From an uncultured Candidatus Rokubacteria bacterium (GTDB lineage Bacteria; Methylomirabilota; Methylomirabilia; Rokubacteriales; CSP1-6), in NCBI GenBank assembly GCA_963771355.1, contig CAVYTA010000006.1:2656001-2720000 (forward strand): DNA of 64,000 bases, given 5' to 3'. The position numbers and the translations under genes are program-made. Positions 39,444 to 52,737 of this stretch are shown here, piece by piece. Numbering within the stretch: the stretch's first letter is position 1; each line of letters starts with the position of its first letter. The notes beneath the pieces are model-generated. The model was given only the letters and a program-made list of their open reading frames with translations. It was not told the origin of the DNA and did no database searches.

Positions 39444-41063
39444 TTAGAAGTCGCCGTGCGGCATCGGCGGAGCCGCCGCCGGCTTCTCCTCCGGCAGGTC
39501 GGTGATCAGCGCCTCGGTGGTGAGCAGCAGGGAGGCCACCGACGCCGCGTTCTGGAGCGCGATACGCTCGACCTTGGTGGGGTCGATGATGCCGGCCTGG
39601 ATCATATCCACGTACTCCAGGCTCTCGGCGTCGAAGCCCCGGGTGGGGACCGTCTCCGCCTTGACCTTCTCGACCACGACGCTGCCCTCGAGGCCGGCGT
39701 TCTCCACGATCTGCCGGATCGGCTCCTCGAGCGCCCGCCGCACGATGAGGGCGCCCACCTTCTCGTCGCCCTCGAGCTTCAAGCGGTCGATGGCCTTGGA
39801 CGCCCGCAGGAGCGCCACGCCACCGCCCGGCACGATGCCCTCTTCCACCGCGGCCCGGGTCGCGTTGAGCGCGTCCTCGACCCGCGCCTTCTTCTCCTTC
39901 ATCGCGGTCTCGGTGGCCGCGCCCACCTTGACCACCGCGACGCCTCCGGCCAGCTTGGCGAGCCGCTCCTGGAGCTTCTCGCGGTCGTAGTCCGAGGTGG
40001 TCTCCTCGATCTGCGCCCGGATCTGCTTGATGCGGCCCTCGATGACGGAGGACTTGCCGGCGCCCTCGACGATGGTGGTGTTGTCCTTGTCCACCACGAT
40101 CTTCTTGCCCTTGCCGAGATCCTCGAGCTTGATGTTCTCGAGCTTGATCCCGAGATCCTCGGTGATGGCCTTGCCGCCGGTCAGGATCGCGATGTCCTCG
40201 AGCATGGCCTTCCGGCGATCACCGAAGCCGGGGGCCTTGACCGCGGCGCAGTGCAGCGTGCCGCGGAGCTTGTTGACGACCAGGGTCGCCAGCGCCTCGC
40301 CCTCGACATCTTCCGCGATCACCAGGAACGGCTTCCCCGAGCGCGCCACCTGCTCGAGCAGGGGCAGCATGTCCTTCATGACGCTGATCTTCTTCTCGTG
40401 GATCAGGATGAGGGCGTCTTCCAGCACGCACTCCATCCGCTCCGCGTCGGTGGCGAAGTAGGGGGAGAGATAGCCCCGGTCGAACTGCATGCCCTCGACC
40501 ACGTCCAGGACGGTCTCGGCGGACTTCGACTCCTCCACCGTGATGACGCCGTCCTTGCCGACCTTCTCCATCGCCTCGGCGATCAGGTTGCCGATCGTCT
40601 TGTCGTTGTTCGCCGCGATCGACGCGACCTGCGCGATCTCCTTCTTGTCCTTGGTGGACTTGCTGAGCTTCTTCAGCTCCTCGGTAACCGCGTCCACCGC
40701 GGCGTCGATGCCCCGCTTGAGGCCCATGGGGTTGGCACCGGCGGTGACGTTCTTGAGGCCTTCGCGGAAGATCGACTGCGCGAGCACGGTGGCAGTGGTG
40801 GTGCCGTCGCCCGCGATATCGGAGGTCTTGGACGCCACTTCCTTGATCATCTGGGCGCCCATGTCCTCGTAGTTGTCCTTGAGCTCGATCTCCTTCGCCA
40901 CCGTCACGCCGTCCTTGGTGATGGTGGGACTGCCGAACTTCTTGTCGATCACCACGTTGCGCCCCTTGGGGCCCATGGTGGCCTTCACCGCCGCGGACAG
41001 GACGTTGACCCCCCGCAGAAGAGCGGCGCGGCCCTCATCGCTGAACATGACCTGCTTCGCCAT
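39444..41063 (-). CDS. groL: chaperonin GroEL
   Basis: Motifs [32 protein letters not shown]. Confidence 0.98.
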   Translation of the reverse strand: MAKQVMFSDEGRAALLRGVNVLSAAVKATMGPKGRNVVIDKKFGSPTITKDGVTVAKEIELKDNYEDMGAQMIKEVASKTSDIAGDGTTTATVLAQSIFREGLKNVTAGANPMGLKRGIDAAVDAVTEELKKLSKSTKDKKEIAQVASIAANNDKTIGNLIAEAMEKVGKDGVITVEESKSAETVLDVVEGMQFDRGYLSPYFATDAERMECVLEDALILIHEKKISVMKDMLPLLEQVARSGKPFLVIAEDVEGEALATLVVNKLRGTLHCAAVKAPGFGDRRKAMLEDIAILTGGKAITEDLGIKLENIKLEDLGKGKKIVVDKDNTTIVEGAGKSSVIEGRIKQIRAQIEETTSDYDREKLQERLAKLAGGVAVVKVGAATETAMKEKKARVEDALNATRAAVEEGIVPGGGVALLRASKAIDRLKLEGDEKVGALIVRRALEEPIRQIVENAGLEGSVVVEKVKAETVPTRGFDAESLEYVDMIQAGIIDPTKVERIALQNAASVASLLLTTEALITDLPEEKPAAAPPMPHGDF

Positions 41064-41179
41064 CGTTGTCTCTCCTCTTCGATCGTTGGCTGGAATGGGC
41101 CGGACTGGATCCGGCCTGGTTTGTTGGCTCTCAGGCGCCCCGCGGCGGCCGCCGCCGCGACCCGCTACGCCGCGATCCG

Positions 41180-41467
41180 CTACTCGATGATGGCGAGCAC
41201 GTCCTCCTCGCGCATGATCAGGTACTCCTCGTCGTCGATCTTCACCTCGGAGCCCGAATACTTGCCGAAGAGGATCTTGTCGCCCGCCTTGACGTCGAGG
41301 GGGATCTTCTTGCCTTCGTCACTCACCTTCCCGTTTCCCACCGCGATCACCTTGCCCTCCTGGGGCTTTTCCTTGGCGGTGTCCGGGATGATGATGCCGC
41401 CCTTCTTCTGCTCCTGCTCTTCGAGACGCTTGATAAGGATGCGGTCGTGCAACGGACGAATCTTCAT
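41180..41467 (-). CDS. groS: co-chaperonin GroES
   Basis: [10 protein letters not shown]...[16 protein letters not shown]. Confidence 0.98.
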   Translation of the reverse strand: MKIRPLHDRILIKRLEEQEQKKGGIIIPDTAKEKPQEGKVIAVGNGKVSDEGKKIPLDVKAGDKILFGKYSGSEVKIDDEEYLIMREEDVLAIIE

Positions 41468-41531
41468 GGTCAACTCGCCTCCTGCTGGGTAAGATGTTGG
41501 GCCTGGCAGCCTTCCACGGCCACCAAATCGG

Positions 41532-41558
41532 TTAGCACTCATCGAGTGCGACTGCTAA
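41532..41558. promoter_or_regulatory. CIRCE (HrcA operator)
   Basis: TTAGCACTC-N9-GACTGCTAA, one mismatch to consensus, upstream of groES. Confidence 0.9.
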
Positions 41559-41585
41559 TATAGCGGCGGATTTGGCCGCTGTCAA
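41557..41585 (-). promoter_or_regulatory. groESL sigma70 promoter
   Basis: TTGACA-17 bp-TATATT abutting CIRCE. Confidence 0.8.
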
Positions 41586-41633
41586 GCTGCACCATTGGTT
41601 TACATTTCCTATACTTAGGTATCGGAGGCACGG

Positions 41634-42629
41634 ATGGCTGAACCCGACCGTAAACCCGCAATCTTGATCTCCCGCCTCCTCCCCGAGGAGGCGCTCGTCG
41701 CGGCGCGGGCCCGGGCCGACGTGGACGTGCACACGGGCGATCGCCCCCTCACCAAGCCTGAGCTCATCGCGCGGCTGAAGGGACGCCAGGGGCTCGTGTG
41801 TCTCATCACCGACGCCATCGACGCCTCGGTGCTCACCGCCTGCCCGGACCTCCGCGTGGTGGCCAACGTGGCGGTCGGCTACAACAACATCGACGTGGCC
41901 GCGGCGACCCGGGCCGGCGTCGTCGTCACCAATACCCCCGACGTCCTCACCGAGACCACCGCCGACTTCGCCTGGACCCTCCTCATGGCCACCGCCCGGC
42001 GCCTGGTGGAAGGCGACCGCTATGTCCGCGAGGGCAAGTTCACCCAGTGGGAGTACATGCTGCTCCTCGGCGGCGACATCCACGGCAAGACCCTCGGGGT
42101 GGTGGGCTTCGGCCGGATCGGCCGTGCGGTGGCCCGCCGCGCCCAGGGCTTCGGCATGCGCGTGCTCTATCAGGACGCGGTGGCGGCCACCCCCGCCCAG
42201 GAGGCCGAGCTCAAGGCGACCCGAGTGGACCTCGCCGAGCTCCTGCGTGAGTCCGACTTCGTGTCGCTCCACACCCCGCTGCTCCCGGAGACACGGCACC
42301 TCATCAATGCCGAGTCGCTCCGCACCATGAAGAAGACGGCGTACTTGATCAATGCGGCCCGGGGCCCGGTGGTCGACGAGGCGGCGCTCGTCCAGGCGCT
42401 GCAGGAGCACTGGATCGCCGGGGCGGGCCTCGATGTCTTCGAGGACGAGCCCAAGGTCCATCCCGGCCTGGTCGGGCTACCGAATGTCGTGGTCGCTCCG
42501 CATATCGCCAGCGCCTCCCACGGCACGCGGCAGGCGATGGCCAACCTGGCCGTCGACAACTGCCTGTCGGTGCTGGAAGGCAAGGCGCCGCCGACCCCGG
42601 TGAACCCGGAAGCATCGCGGCGGCGCTGA
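41634..42629 (+). CDS. D-2-hydroxyacid dehydrogenase (glyoxylate reductase-like)
   Basis: Motifs AVGYNNID, NTPDVLTETTAD, GFGRIG, NAARG, LDVFEDEP, PHIAS. Confidence 0.92.
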   Translation: MAEPDRKPAILISRLLPEEALVAARARADVDVHTGDRPLTKPELIARLKGRQGLVCLITDAIDASVLTACPDLRVVANVAVGYNNIDVAAATRAGVVVTNTPDVLTETTADFAWTLLMATARRLVEGDRYVREGKFTQWEYMLLLGGDIHGKTLGVVGFGRIGRAVARRAQGFGMRVLYQDAVAATPAQEAELKATRVDLAELLRESDFVSLHTPLLPETRHLINAESLRTMKKTAYLINAARGPVVDEAALVQALQEHWIAGAGLDVFEDEPKVHPGLVGLPNVVVAPHIASASHGTRQAMANLAVDNCLSVLEGKAPPTPVNPEASRRR

Positions 42630-42633
42630 GGGC

Positions 42634-43689
42634 GTGGAGCTTCTCCGGCTCGCCGACGTCAGCAAGCGCTACGCGGCCGATCAGCCGCCCGCGGTGGACG
42701 GCCTGTCGCTGGTGGTGGCGGAGGGCGAGATCGTGGCGCTGCTCGGCCCGTCAGGATGCGGTAAAACAACCACGTTGCGGCTGATCGCCGGCTTCGAGAC
42801 CCCGGATTCGGGCACGGTGAGCCTGCGCGGCAAGGTGGTGGCGGGACCTGGGTCGTTCGTACCTCCGGAGACGCGAGGCGTGGGTATCGTCTTCCAGGAC
42901 TACGCGCTCTTCCCCCATCTCTCCGTGGAAGACAATGTCGGATTCGGCCTCGACCGGCTGACGCGCGCGGCCCGCCGGGCCCGGGTGGCCGGGGTGCTGG
43001 ACCTGGTGGGCCTGGGGGGCTTCGGCGGCCGCTACCCCCACGAGCTGTCCGGCGGGCAGCAGCAGCGGGTGGCGGTGGCCCGCGCGCTGGCGCCCGCCCC
43101 CGCCCTCCTGCTCCTCGACGAGCCATTCTCCAACCTGGACGCCGACCTTCGCGCGCAGATGCGGGAGGAAGTCGAGACCATTCTCCGGAACACCAAGACC
43201 ACCGCGATCTTCGTCACGCACGATCAGGAGGAGGCCTTCGCCCTCGCCGATCGCGTGGGCGTCCTCTCACACGGGCGGATGGAGCAGATCGCCGCGCCGG
43301 AGACGGTCTACCATCACCCCGCCTCACAGTTCGTCGCCGAGTTCGTGGGCGCCGCCGACTTCCTGCCCGGGGTCGTGACCAGCGAGGGCATCGTCACGGA
43401 GCTGGGGATATTCGGCAACCGCGACGAGCTGGAGCCGGGCGAGCGGGTCGAGGTCATGATCCGTCCCGACGACATCGCCTTCGTGCCGCAGGAGGATGGG
43501 AGCGGGGTCATCACGCGCCGTTTCTTCCGGGGCTCGGAGTGCCTCTACTGCATCGAGCTGCCCTCGGGGCACCGCGTGCACTCCTCGCAGCCGTCCTCGT
43601 CCACCCTGCCCACCGGGACGCGCGTGCGTGCACAGGCGCACGTGCTGCACGTGGTGACCTTCCCCGCCGTGGACGCGGCGGGGACCTAG
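42634..43689 (+). CDS. ABC transporter ATP-binding protein (FbpC/PotA-like, TOBE domain)
   Basis: Motifs GPSGCGKTT, FQDYALFPH, LSGGQQQR, DEPFSNLD. Confidence 0.9.
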   Translation: MELLRLADVSKRYAADQPPAVDGLSLVVAEGEIVALLGPSGCGKTTTLRLIAGFETPDSGTVSLRGKVVAGPGSFVPPETRGVGIVFQDYALFPHLSVEDNVGFGLDRLTRAARRARVAGVLDLVGLGGFGGRYPHELSGGQQQRVAVARALAPAPALLLLDEPFSNLDADLRAQMREEVETILRNTKTTAIFVTHDQEEAFALADRVGVLSHGRMEQIAAPETVYHHPASQFVAEFVGAADFLPGVVTSEGIVTELGIFGNRDELEPGERVEVMIRPDDIAFVPQEDGSGVITRRFFRGSECLYCIELPSGHRVHSSQPSSSTLPTGTRVRAQAHVLHVVTFPAVDAAGT

Positions 43690-44921
43690 GCGTCGAGGCC
43701 GGGAGTCACGCCCCGGAGCAGGCGTCGCTCCAGGCGCTCGAGACGATGGCCGAGCGCCTCGCGCGCTCCCACCGCCGCGCGCCCGGCTTCGGCCCGGGCC
43801 AGCGCTTCCTGCACCACCGAGCGCGCGCGCGCCCAGTCCCGGAGCCGGTGCTCGTCGATCTTTGCCATCTCCTCCCAGGGCCGGGGGTCGAAGCTGCGCT
43901 GCTCGCGCGCCAGCTCGTCCCAGAGCGCCCGGGCCTCCGGCCAGCGCGCGCGCCGCTTCTCCCCCCACGCCAGCCGGCCGAGCAGGCGGGCCCGCCCGGC
44001 GCCGGCGAGGCCGCGCGCGAGGGCCTCCCGGAAGCACGCCTCTCCCCGATCGGCGTCGCGACGCTCCCAGAGGTGCCCCAGCCCGGCCAGCTCGTCCGGG
44101 GCCACGTCCGCGCCGGGGGCCCGGGCCGCCGCGTGCGCGACCCAACCGGTCAGCGCGGCAAGCGAGAGGATGTCGTGGCGGTTGTGCTCGAAGACACGAG
44201 GGAGCTCTCCCGGCTGCTTGCGACGAAGATATTCGAAGTAGACGGCGGGGATGAGCGCGCCGGGCAGGTCGTCCCGCCGGTGGAAGCCGAGCACGTTCTG
44301 CTCCACGGTCCCGAGGCGGCAATCGGGGAGCCGCGCGCTCCACAGGCGGCGCGCGGCGGGGAGGAGGTCGAGGTGAAAGGGGTCGCTCGGCCAGCGCCGG
44401 CGGCCGAGCACGAAGCGTGTCTCGAGCAACGGCAGGTCGAAGCCGGCGCCATTGTAGGTGACCAGCCCCTCGAAGCCGCGGACGAGCCCGTCGAGCGCGG
44501 CCAGCAGCGCCGGCTCCTCGTCGAGGTCGCGCATGAAGTACTGGCGCACCTCGAAGTCGTCGCCGTCCACGAAGCCCACCCCGACCAGGAACACGTAGGT
44601 GCCGGTGCCGCCGGCCAAGCCGGTGGTCTCGGTGTCCAGAAAGAGGAGCCGCGGAGACCCGGGGGGGAGGAGCTCGCGGCGCGCGAGCATGGCCAGACAC
44701 TCGCCGTCCAGCGCCCCGATGGGCCCGAGCGGCTGCGCGCCGTGCGCGCCGGCGAGGGGGTAGCGGCGCCGCGTGACGAAGATGGAGCCGCGTTCCGTCT
44801 CCTCCGCCGCGCCCTCCACCAGCTCTTCCAGGGTGCCCCGGCGGACGGGTCGCGCCGCCGCCGCGCGCGTGCGCTCCTCGATGCGGCGGATGACCTGACG
44901 GAGCTCGGCGGGGACGGCCAC
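43686..44921 (-). CDS. YprB/MrfB-like RNase H-fold exonuclease with TPR-like tail
   Basis: Motifs FLDTETTGL.GG.GT, TYNG..FD.P, HNRHDILSL. Confidence 0.87.
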   Translation of the reverse strand: MAVPAELRQVIRRIEERTRAAAARPVRRGTLEELVEGAAEETERGSIFVTRRRYPLAGAHGAQPLGPIGALDGECLAMLARRELLPPGSPRLLFLDTETTGLAGGTGTYVFLVGVGFVDGDDFEVRQYFMRDLDEEPALLAALDGLVRGFEGLVTYNGAGFDLPLLETRFVLGRRRWPSDPFHLDLLPAARRLWSARLPDCRLGTVEQNVLGFHRRDDLPGALIPAVYFEYLRRKQPGELPRVFEHNRHDILSLAALTGWVAHAAARAPGADVAPDELAGLGHLWERRDADRGEACFREALARGLAGAGRARLLGRLAWGEKRRARWPEARALWDELAREQRSFDPRPWEEMAKIDEHRLRDWARARSVVQEALARAEAGRAAVGAREALGHRLERLERRLLRGVTPGLDA

Positions 44922-44934
44922 GGGAGAGGCCCCC

Positions 44935-47286
44935 TCAGCGCCGCGGAACCAGCCGGCGGAGGATGGCCAGCGCGATGGGCTTGGCGCGCCGGCCCACCTC
45001 GTTCACCGGGCCCACGCAGGACGGACAGCCGGTCTTGCACGGGCAAGCCTCCAGGGTGGCCAGGCCCTGGGCGAGAAGCTCGGGGAGGATCTCGAAGATC
45101 CGTTCGGCGAGGCCGATGCCGCCGGGCTGGCTGTCGTAGAGGTACAGCGTGGGCGTGAAGCGCTCGGAGCCGAGGAGCTGGGCGCGCTGCGTCTCCCGCG
45201 TGACCACCACGCCGGCCTCGGCCGGCGAGCCGTCGCCCAGCCAGGCCCCCACGTCGCGCACGTCGCAGAGCAGGAAGATGGGCGCGAGATGGTGGAGGAG
45301 ATAGGTGAGCGCTCGCATCCCGTCCACCAGCTCCTCGCGGCTCGGCGAGATCTGGACGAGGAGGGTGGGATCGACGGCCAGCCAGGCACTGGTGGTCTGC
45401 ATCTCCTGCTGGGGCAGCTCCACCTCGCCCGATCCCACGTTCTCCAGCGTGACCATCTTGATCTTCTTGAAGCCCACCACCTTCTCCGCCACCAGCACCT
45501 CGCCCCCCTCCGACGTCCAGCCGGGCGCCTCCCGCCGCGTGAGGTGCTGGAGGATCCACACACCCTTGGCGCTGATGGCATCGGTGAAGTAGTCCACCGC
45601 CACCCGCTTGACGTAGGCGACCTTCTCCTCGTCCTCACGGTAGTGGAGCTCCTGCACCTCGAACGGCTCGCCCTCCACCATGTAGATGGCCTTGGGGTAC
45701 ACCATGGCGAATGCGCTCTTCCAGTCCACCTCGGCGATGATCTGCCGCCGCTTGACCTCCTTGGCATCGCGGGCGGTGGTGTCGATCACCAGGAAGTTGT
45801 CCGAGGTGACCGTGCGCAGCGAGATGTGGTCGGCGGGATAAGTCTCCGAGGTCCAGTGATAGACGCCGCCCGCGCGGTGCAGCAGCCCCTCCGCCTCCAG
45901 CGCGGCCAGGGGCGCGGCCACGTCACCGCCGAACACCTCCCCCTCCGCGAAGGGCAGCTCGAAGGCGCCGCACTTGAGGTGGTTGACGAGGATGAAGGGA
46001 TTCTCGGGGTTGATCCGCGCGTGCTCGGGCGAGGCGCCGAAGAGATACTCCGGATGCGAGGCGAGGAACTGGTCCATGGGCGCGCTGCTGGCGACCAGCA
46101 CCGCCGCCGAGGGGCCGCTGCGCCGCCCCGCCCGGCCCGACTGCTGCCACAGCGAGGCGATGGTGCCGGGGAAGCCCGCGAGCACGGCCACGTCGAGGTG
46201 GCCGATGTCGATGCCGAGCTCGAGCGCGCTGGTGGCCACCACTCCGAGCACGTCGCCCGAGCGCAGCCCCTGCTCGACTTCGCGGCGGCGAAGGGGGAGG
46301 TAGCCGCCCCGATAGCCGCGGACGATGCCGGCGTCGCCCGTCCGGTCCTCCACCAGCCGCTTGATGGTGGACAGCAGCACCTCGGTCGACAGCCGGCTCT
46401 GGGCGAAGACGATGGTGGCGATCTTCTCCCGGAGGAAGCGTCCGGCGAGCTTGGCCGCCTCCCCCAGATACGGCGCGCGGATGCCGAGGTCCGGATTCAC
46501 CACCGGCGGGTTGTAGCAGATGAAGATCTTGTCACCCGCGGGCGCGCCGTTGTCCGCCAGCTCGGTCACCGGCTCGCCGGTGAGGCGAGCGGCAAGCTCG
46601 CCGGGATTGGCGATGGTGGCGGAGGCCATGATGAACTGCGGCGTGGAGCCGTAGTGGCGGCAGATTCGCTTGAGGCGCCGGAGTACGTTGGCGAGGTGGC
46701 TGCCGAACACGCCGCGGTACGCGTGCAGCTCGTCGATCACGACGTAGCGGAGGTTCTGGAAGAGGTTCACCCACTTGGTGTGGTGGGGCAGTATCCCCGA
46801 GTGGAGCATGTCCGGATTGGTGAGAACGAGGTTGGCCCGGGCGCGCACCGCGCGCCGCGCGTCCTGTGGTGTGTCGCCGTCGTACGTGAACATGCGGAGG
46901 TCGGGCAGGCTCTTGGCGAGCTCGGTGAGCTCGGCGAGCTGGTCCTGGGCGAGCGCCTTGGTGGGGAAGAGATAGAGCACGCGCCCTTCCGGCTGCTGCA
47001 CCAGGCTCTGCAACACGGGGAGGTTGTAGCAAAGCGTCTTGCCCGACGCGGTGGGGGTGACCACCACCAGGTGTTCGCCCTTGGCCACGATCTCGAACGC
47101 CTTCGCTTGATGCGAGTACAGCTGCTCCACGCCGCGGGCCCGCAGGGCCTCGATCAGTCGCGGATCGAGTGACGAGGGAAACGGGGCGAAGACGGGGGGA
47201 CGCGCCTCGAGGTGCCGCGTGGCCGTGATGAGGGGACCGGTCTCGAGCGAGGTCAAGAGCTCGTCGAGAAGCTCCCGCAGCGGCAT
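44935..47286 (-). CDS. DEAD/DEAH helicase with DUF1998 (MrfA/YprA/SftH family)
   Basis: Motifs TPTASGKT, DELH, SATIANP, QQSGRAGR, YD..PGG.G, CPC..GCPSC. Confidence 0.92.
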   Translation of the reverse strand: MPLRELLDELLTSLETGPLITATRHLEARPPVFAPFPSSLDPRLIEALRARGVEQLYSHQAKAFEIVAKGEHLVVVTPTASGKTLCYNLPVLQSLVQQPEGRVLYLFPTKALAQDQLAELTELAKSLPDLRMFTYDGDTPQDARRAVRARANLVLTNPDMLHSGILPHHTKWVNLFQNLRYVVIDELHAYRGVFGSHLANVLRRLKRICRHYGSTPQFIMASATIANPGELAARLTGEPVTELADNGAPAGDKIFICYNPPVVNPDLGIRAPYLGEAAKLAGRFLREKIATIVFAQSRLSTEVLLSTIKRLVEDRTGDAGIVRGYRGGYLPLRRREVEQGLRSGDVLGVVATSALELGIDIGHLDVAVLAGFPGTIASLWQQSGRAGRRSGPSAAVLVASSAPMDQFLASHPEYLFGASPEHARINPENPFILVNHLKCGAFELPFAEGEVFGGDVAAPLAALEAEGLLHRAGGVYHWTSETYPADHISLRTVTSDNFLVIDTTARDAKEVKRRQIIAEVDWKSAFAMVYPKAIYMVEGEPFEVQELHYREDEEKVAYVKRVAVDYFTDAISAKGVWILQHLTRREAPGWTSEGGEVLVAEKVVGFKKIKMVTLENVGSGEVELPQQEMQTTSAWLAVDPTLLVQISPSREELVDGMRALTYLLHHLAPIFLLCDVRDVGAWLGDGSPAEAGVVVTRETQRAQLLGSERFTPTLYLYDSQPGGIGLAERIFEILPELLAQGLATLEACPCKTGCPSCVGPVNEVGRRAKPIALAILRRLVPRR

Positions 47287-47350
47287 GGCTCATCCTATGT
47301 TTAGCGGTCGGCGGTTGTCAACTTCGCGGCCCTCGTGTCACGCTGTGGGC

Positions 47351-47911
47351 GTGAGCGCGCGCCGCCTGGGGCTGCCGCTGGGGTGGACGGTCGTGATTTT
47401 CTGGTTCTCCGGCGAAGACTGGAGCGCGGACGTCACGCACGACTACGCGCTGCTGCTCCACCAGCTCTTCCCCTGGGTCGGCCCAGCGTTACTCGACCTC
47501 GCCCACTGGCTCGCGCGCAAGGCCGGGCACGTCGCGGGCTACGGCATCCTGGGCGGGCTGTGGCTCTTCGCCCTGCCGGACTGGCGCGCGGCGGTGCTGC
47601 TCGCCGCCCTCACCGCCTTCATCGAGGAGGCCCGCCAGGCGCTCACGCCCAGTCGGGGTGCGAGCGCCGCCGATCTCTTGCTCGACTCGGCGAGCGCGGG
47701 CCTCGCGGTCGCCCTGCTGGCCGGGGGCGTCACGGCCACCGTGGACACGCTGACCGGCCTCCTGCTCTGGATCGCCGCCGTCGTGGGCGGCCTGCTCCTC
47801 CTGCTGCACCTCGTCACCGGCGCGCCCCTGGGCTGGCTCGGGCCCGCCACCGCGGCCGCCTGGCTGCTCCTCGGCTGGCGCGCGCGCCGCCGGCCCGCGC
47901 GCTCGACGTGA
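47351..47911 (+). CDS. VanZ-like membrane protein
   Basis: Motifs IFWFS, RKAGHV..YGIL, EE.RQ...P.R.AS..D.LLD. Confidence 0.75.
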   Translation: MSARRLGLPLGWTVVIFWFSGEDWSADVTHDYALLLHQLFPWVGPALLDLAHWLARKAGHVAGYGILGGLWLFALPDWRAAVLLAALTAFIEEARQALTPSRGASAADLLLDSASAGLAVALLAGGVTATVDTLTGLLLWIAAVVGGLLLLLHLVTGAPLGWLGPATAAAWLLLGWRARRRPARST

Positions 47912-49365
47912 CGCTCCTCCCCGAGTGGCGCCCCGCGGAGCTCCCGCATCCGCCCGCCTACAACCTCGTCAACGCGCTGCGCGTGATCGGGCCGGGCGCG
48001 ATCCTGCTCGGCCTCTCGCTCGGCTCGGGCGACTGGTTGCTCGGACCGGTGGTGGTGACCCGACATGGCCCCGCCGTCCTCTGGATCTGCACCGCCTCCG
48101 TGCTCCTGCAGGCCGCGCTCAATGCCGAGATGGCGCGTTACACGCTGGCCACCGGCGAGCCCATCTGGGCGGCCTTTCTCCGCACGCCGCCCGGTCCCGG
48201 ATTCTGGGCGTGGGTCTACGCGGGACTGCATCTCTTCCAGCTCGGCTGGCCGGGCTGGGCGCTCGCGGGCGGCGCCACCGCGGCCGCGCTCTTCCTCGGC
48301 CGGGCGCCGCGCGTGGAGGACGACCCGGTGGTGCTGGCGCTGGGCTACCTCCTCTTCGCGGCGGCGGTGGGCGCGGTCCTGCTGGGGCGGCGCGGCCAGG
48401 ACCTCCTGTGGCACGCCGACCAGCTCTTTCTCGTCGGCACGCTCCTCTTCCTCGCCGTCCTCGCCGTGGTCCTGGTCCCGAGGCCCGTGTGGCGAACCGT
48501 CGCGGCGGGTCTCCTGGGGCCGCTCGTCGGCATGCCCCGTCCTCCCGGTGATCTGGACTGGACTCTGCTCACCGCGTTCGCCGCCTATTCGGGGGCGGGC
48601 GGCGTGGTCAACGCGAGCCTCACGCACTGGATGCGCGACAAGGGCTTCGGCGTGGCCGGCACCGGTCGCGGCGCGCCGGCGCAGATCGGCGGCCACCGGC
48701 TCCACCTGGTGAGCGAGGGATTGCGCCTCGAGCCCTCCGAGGGAGATCTCGCGAAGTGGCGCGAGTGGTGGCGCTACCTCGGTCTCCACCTGGGGATCCT
48801 GTGGGTGCTGGGACCGATAGCGGCGATGGCGCTGCCCGTGCTCCTCGCCGCCCACCTCGTGCCGTTCGGGAGCAACATGCAGGGCGCCGCTGCCGCCCTC
48901 GCGCTCCCGCGCGCGCTGGGCGCGGACGGAAACCTCTGGCTCTGGTTCCTCACCCTGCTCGCCGGTCTGTGGATCTTCTTCTCGACCCAGCGCGGCGTCG
49001 CCGAGGGCTTCACCCGCAGCGTCACCGAGATCCTGTGGACGGGCAGCGATCGCGCCCGCGCCTGGGCGGGCGAGCGGGCCGCCCGCCTCTACTACGCGGT
49101 GCTCGGCACCTTCGCGGTGGCGGGCGGCGCCGCGCTCTCTCTCGGCGACCCGCTCAAGCTCGTGCTCATCGGCGCCAACGTCGGCGCGCTCGGATTCGTG
49201 ATGCTCTCCGTGCACACCCTCTGGGCCAACCGGCGGCTCCTGCCCCGCGCGCTCCGGCCGTCGCTCTGGCGCGAGGCCCTGGTGGTCGCGGGCGGGCTCT
49301 TCTTCGCCATGCTGGTGGCCCGCGTGCTGGCGCGCCCGCTCGACCTCCTCGCCCTGCTGCACTAG
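47908..49365 (+). CDS. Nramp-like multi-pass membrane transporter
   Basis: Motifs GPGAILLG.SLGSGDW, N.EMARYTLATGE, AYSGAGG, WMRDKGFG. Confidence 0.75.
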   Translation: MTLLPEWRPAELPHPPAYNLVNALRVIGPGAILLGLSLGSGDWLLGPVVVTRHGPAVLWICTASVLLQAALNAEMARYTLATGEPIWAAFLRTPPGPGFWAWVYAGLHLFQLGWPGWALAGGATAAALFLGRAPRVEDDPVVLALGYLLFAAAVGAVLLGRRGQDLLWHADQLFLVGTLLFLAVLAVVLVPRPVWRTVAAGLLGPLVGMPRPPGDLDWTLLTAFAAYSGAGGVVNASLTHWMRDKGFGVAGTGRGAPAQIGGHRLHLVSEGLRLEPSEGDLAKWREWWRYLGLHLGILWVLGPIAAMALPVLLAAHLVPFGSNMQGAAAALALPRALGADGNLWLWFLTLLAGLWIFFSTQRGVAEGFTRSVTEILWTGSDRARAWAGERAARLYYAVLGTFAVAGGAALSLGDPLKLVLIGANVGALGFVMLSVHTLWANRRLLPRALRPSLWREALVVAGGLFFAMLVARVLARPLDLLALLH

Positions 49366-49380
49366 GAGGGTGCGGCCCCG

Positions 49381-49431
49381 GCGGCTCAAAAAGGTCCAGA
49401 TGCGAGGCGGCGCCCGAGGGCCGCACGCGAG
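49381..49431. repeat. left part of a ~120-bp palindromic REP/MITE-like element, split by IS110
   Basis: GCGGCTCAAAAAGGTCCA...GGCGCCC.AGGGCCGCACGC is an imperfect inverted complement of 50550-50617. Confidence 0.8.
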
Positions 49432-49446
49432 CGACTGTGTCGCGAG

Positions 49447-51810
<2,364 letters not shown>

Positions 51811-51814
<4 letters not shown>

Positions 51815-52737
51815 ACCTTGAGCCGCGGGTCGAGCGTATCGCGGAGGCCGTCGCCGAGCAGGTTGATGCCGAGCACGGTGACGAGGATGGCGAGGCCGGG
51901 GAAGGTGGCGAGCCACCACGCGGTGGAGAGATACACGCGCCCGTCGGCGAGCATGCCGCCCCAGGTGGGCGTGGGCGGTTGCACGCCCAGGCCGAGGAAG
52001 GACAGGGCAGACTCGAGCACGATCACCCGCGCCATGTCGAGGGTGGCGACCACCAGCCAGGGCGTGAAGGCGTTGGGGAGCACGTGGCGCACGAGCACGC
52101 GGTAGTCCCGGCTGCCCAGCGCCACCGCGGCCTGGACGAACTCGCGCTCGCGGATGGACAGCACCTCGCCGCGGACCACGCGCGCGTAGACCACCCACGA
52201 GGACACCCCGATCACGATGATGATATTGCGCAGGCTGGGGCCCAGCACGCCGATCACCGCGATGGCGAGCAGGATGAACGGGAAGGCGAGCTGGACGTCG
52301 GCGAGGCGCATGAAGAAGTCGTCGACGCGGCCCCCGAAGTATCCCGATACCAGGCCGACGGCCATGCCGAGAACGCCCGAGATCGCCACCGCCGCGAGCC
52401 CCACCGAGAGCGCGATGCGCGAGCCGTGGATGATGCGCGAGAGGATGTCCCGGCCGAGGTGATCGGTGCCGAGGGGATGGATGCGCCCCTGCGCGTCCTG
52501 CCAGCCCGGCTCCTTGAGACGCTGCCCGATGTCCTGCGCGAGCGGATCGAAGGGCGAGACGAAGGACGCGAACACCGCCGCCACCAGCACCGCGAGCACC
52601 ACGATGAGGCCGAACAGCGCGGTGCGCCGCCGCACGAGGCGCGTCATGACGCGCACCCACTCCCGCTCTGCGAAGGGGCGGGGCGGGACGAGGACCAGGG
52701 GCTCCGCGGCGGCGGCGGTGCCGGCCGGCGGCGCCAT
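51811..52737 (-). CDS. peptide/nickel ABC transporter permease (DppC-like)
   Basis: Motifs HPLGTD.LGRDILSR, EFVQAA.ALG, LSFLGLG..PP.PTWG. Confidence 0.92.

Noticed and set aside
39456..41492. Long antisense ORFs (here and opposite copA, kimA, TPR, prs, mutS2)
   Set aside because: Shadow ORFs caused by high-GC codon bias opposite well-supported genes.
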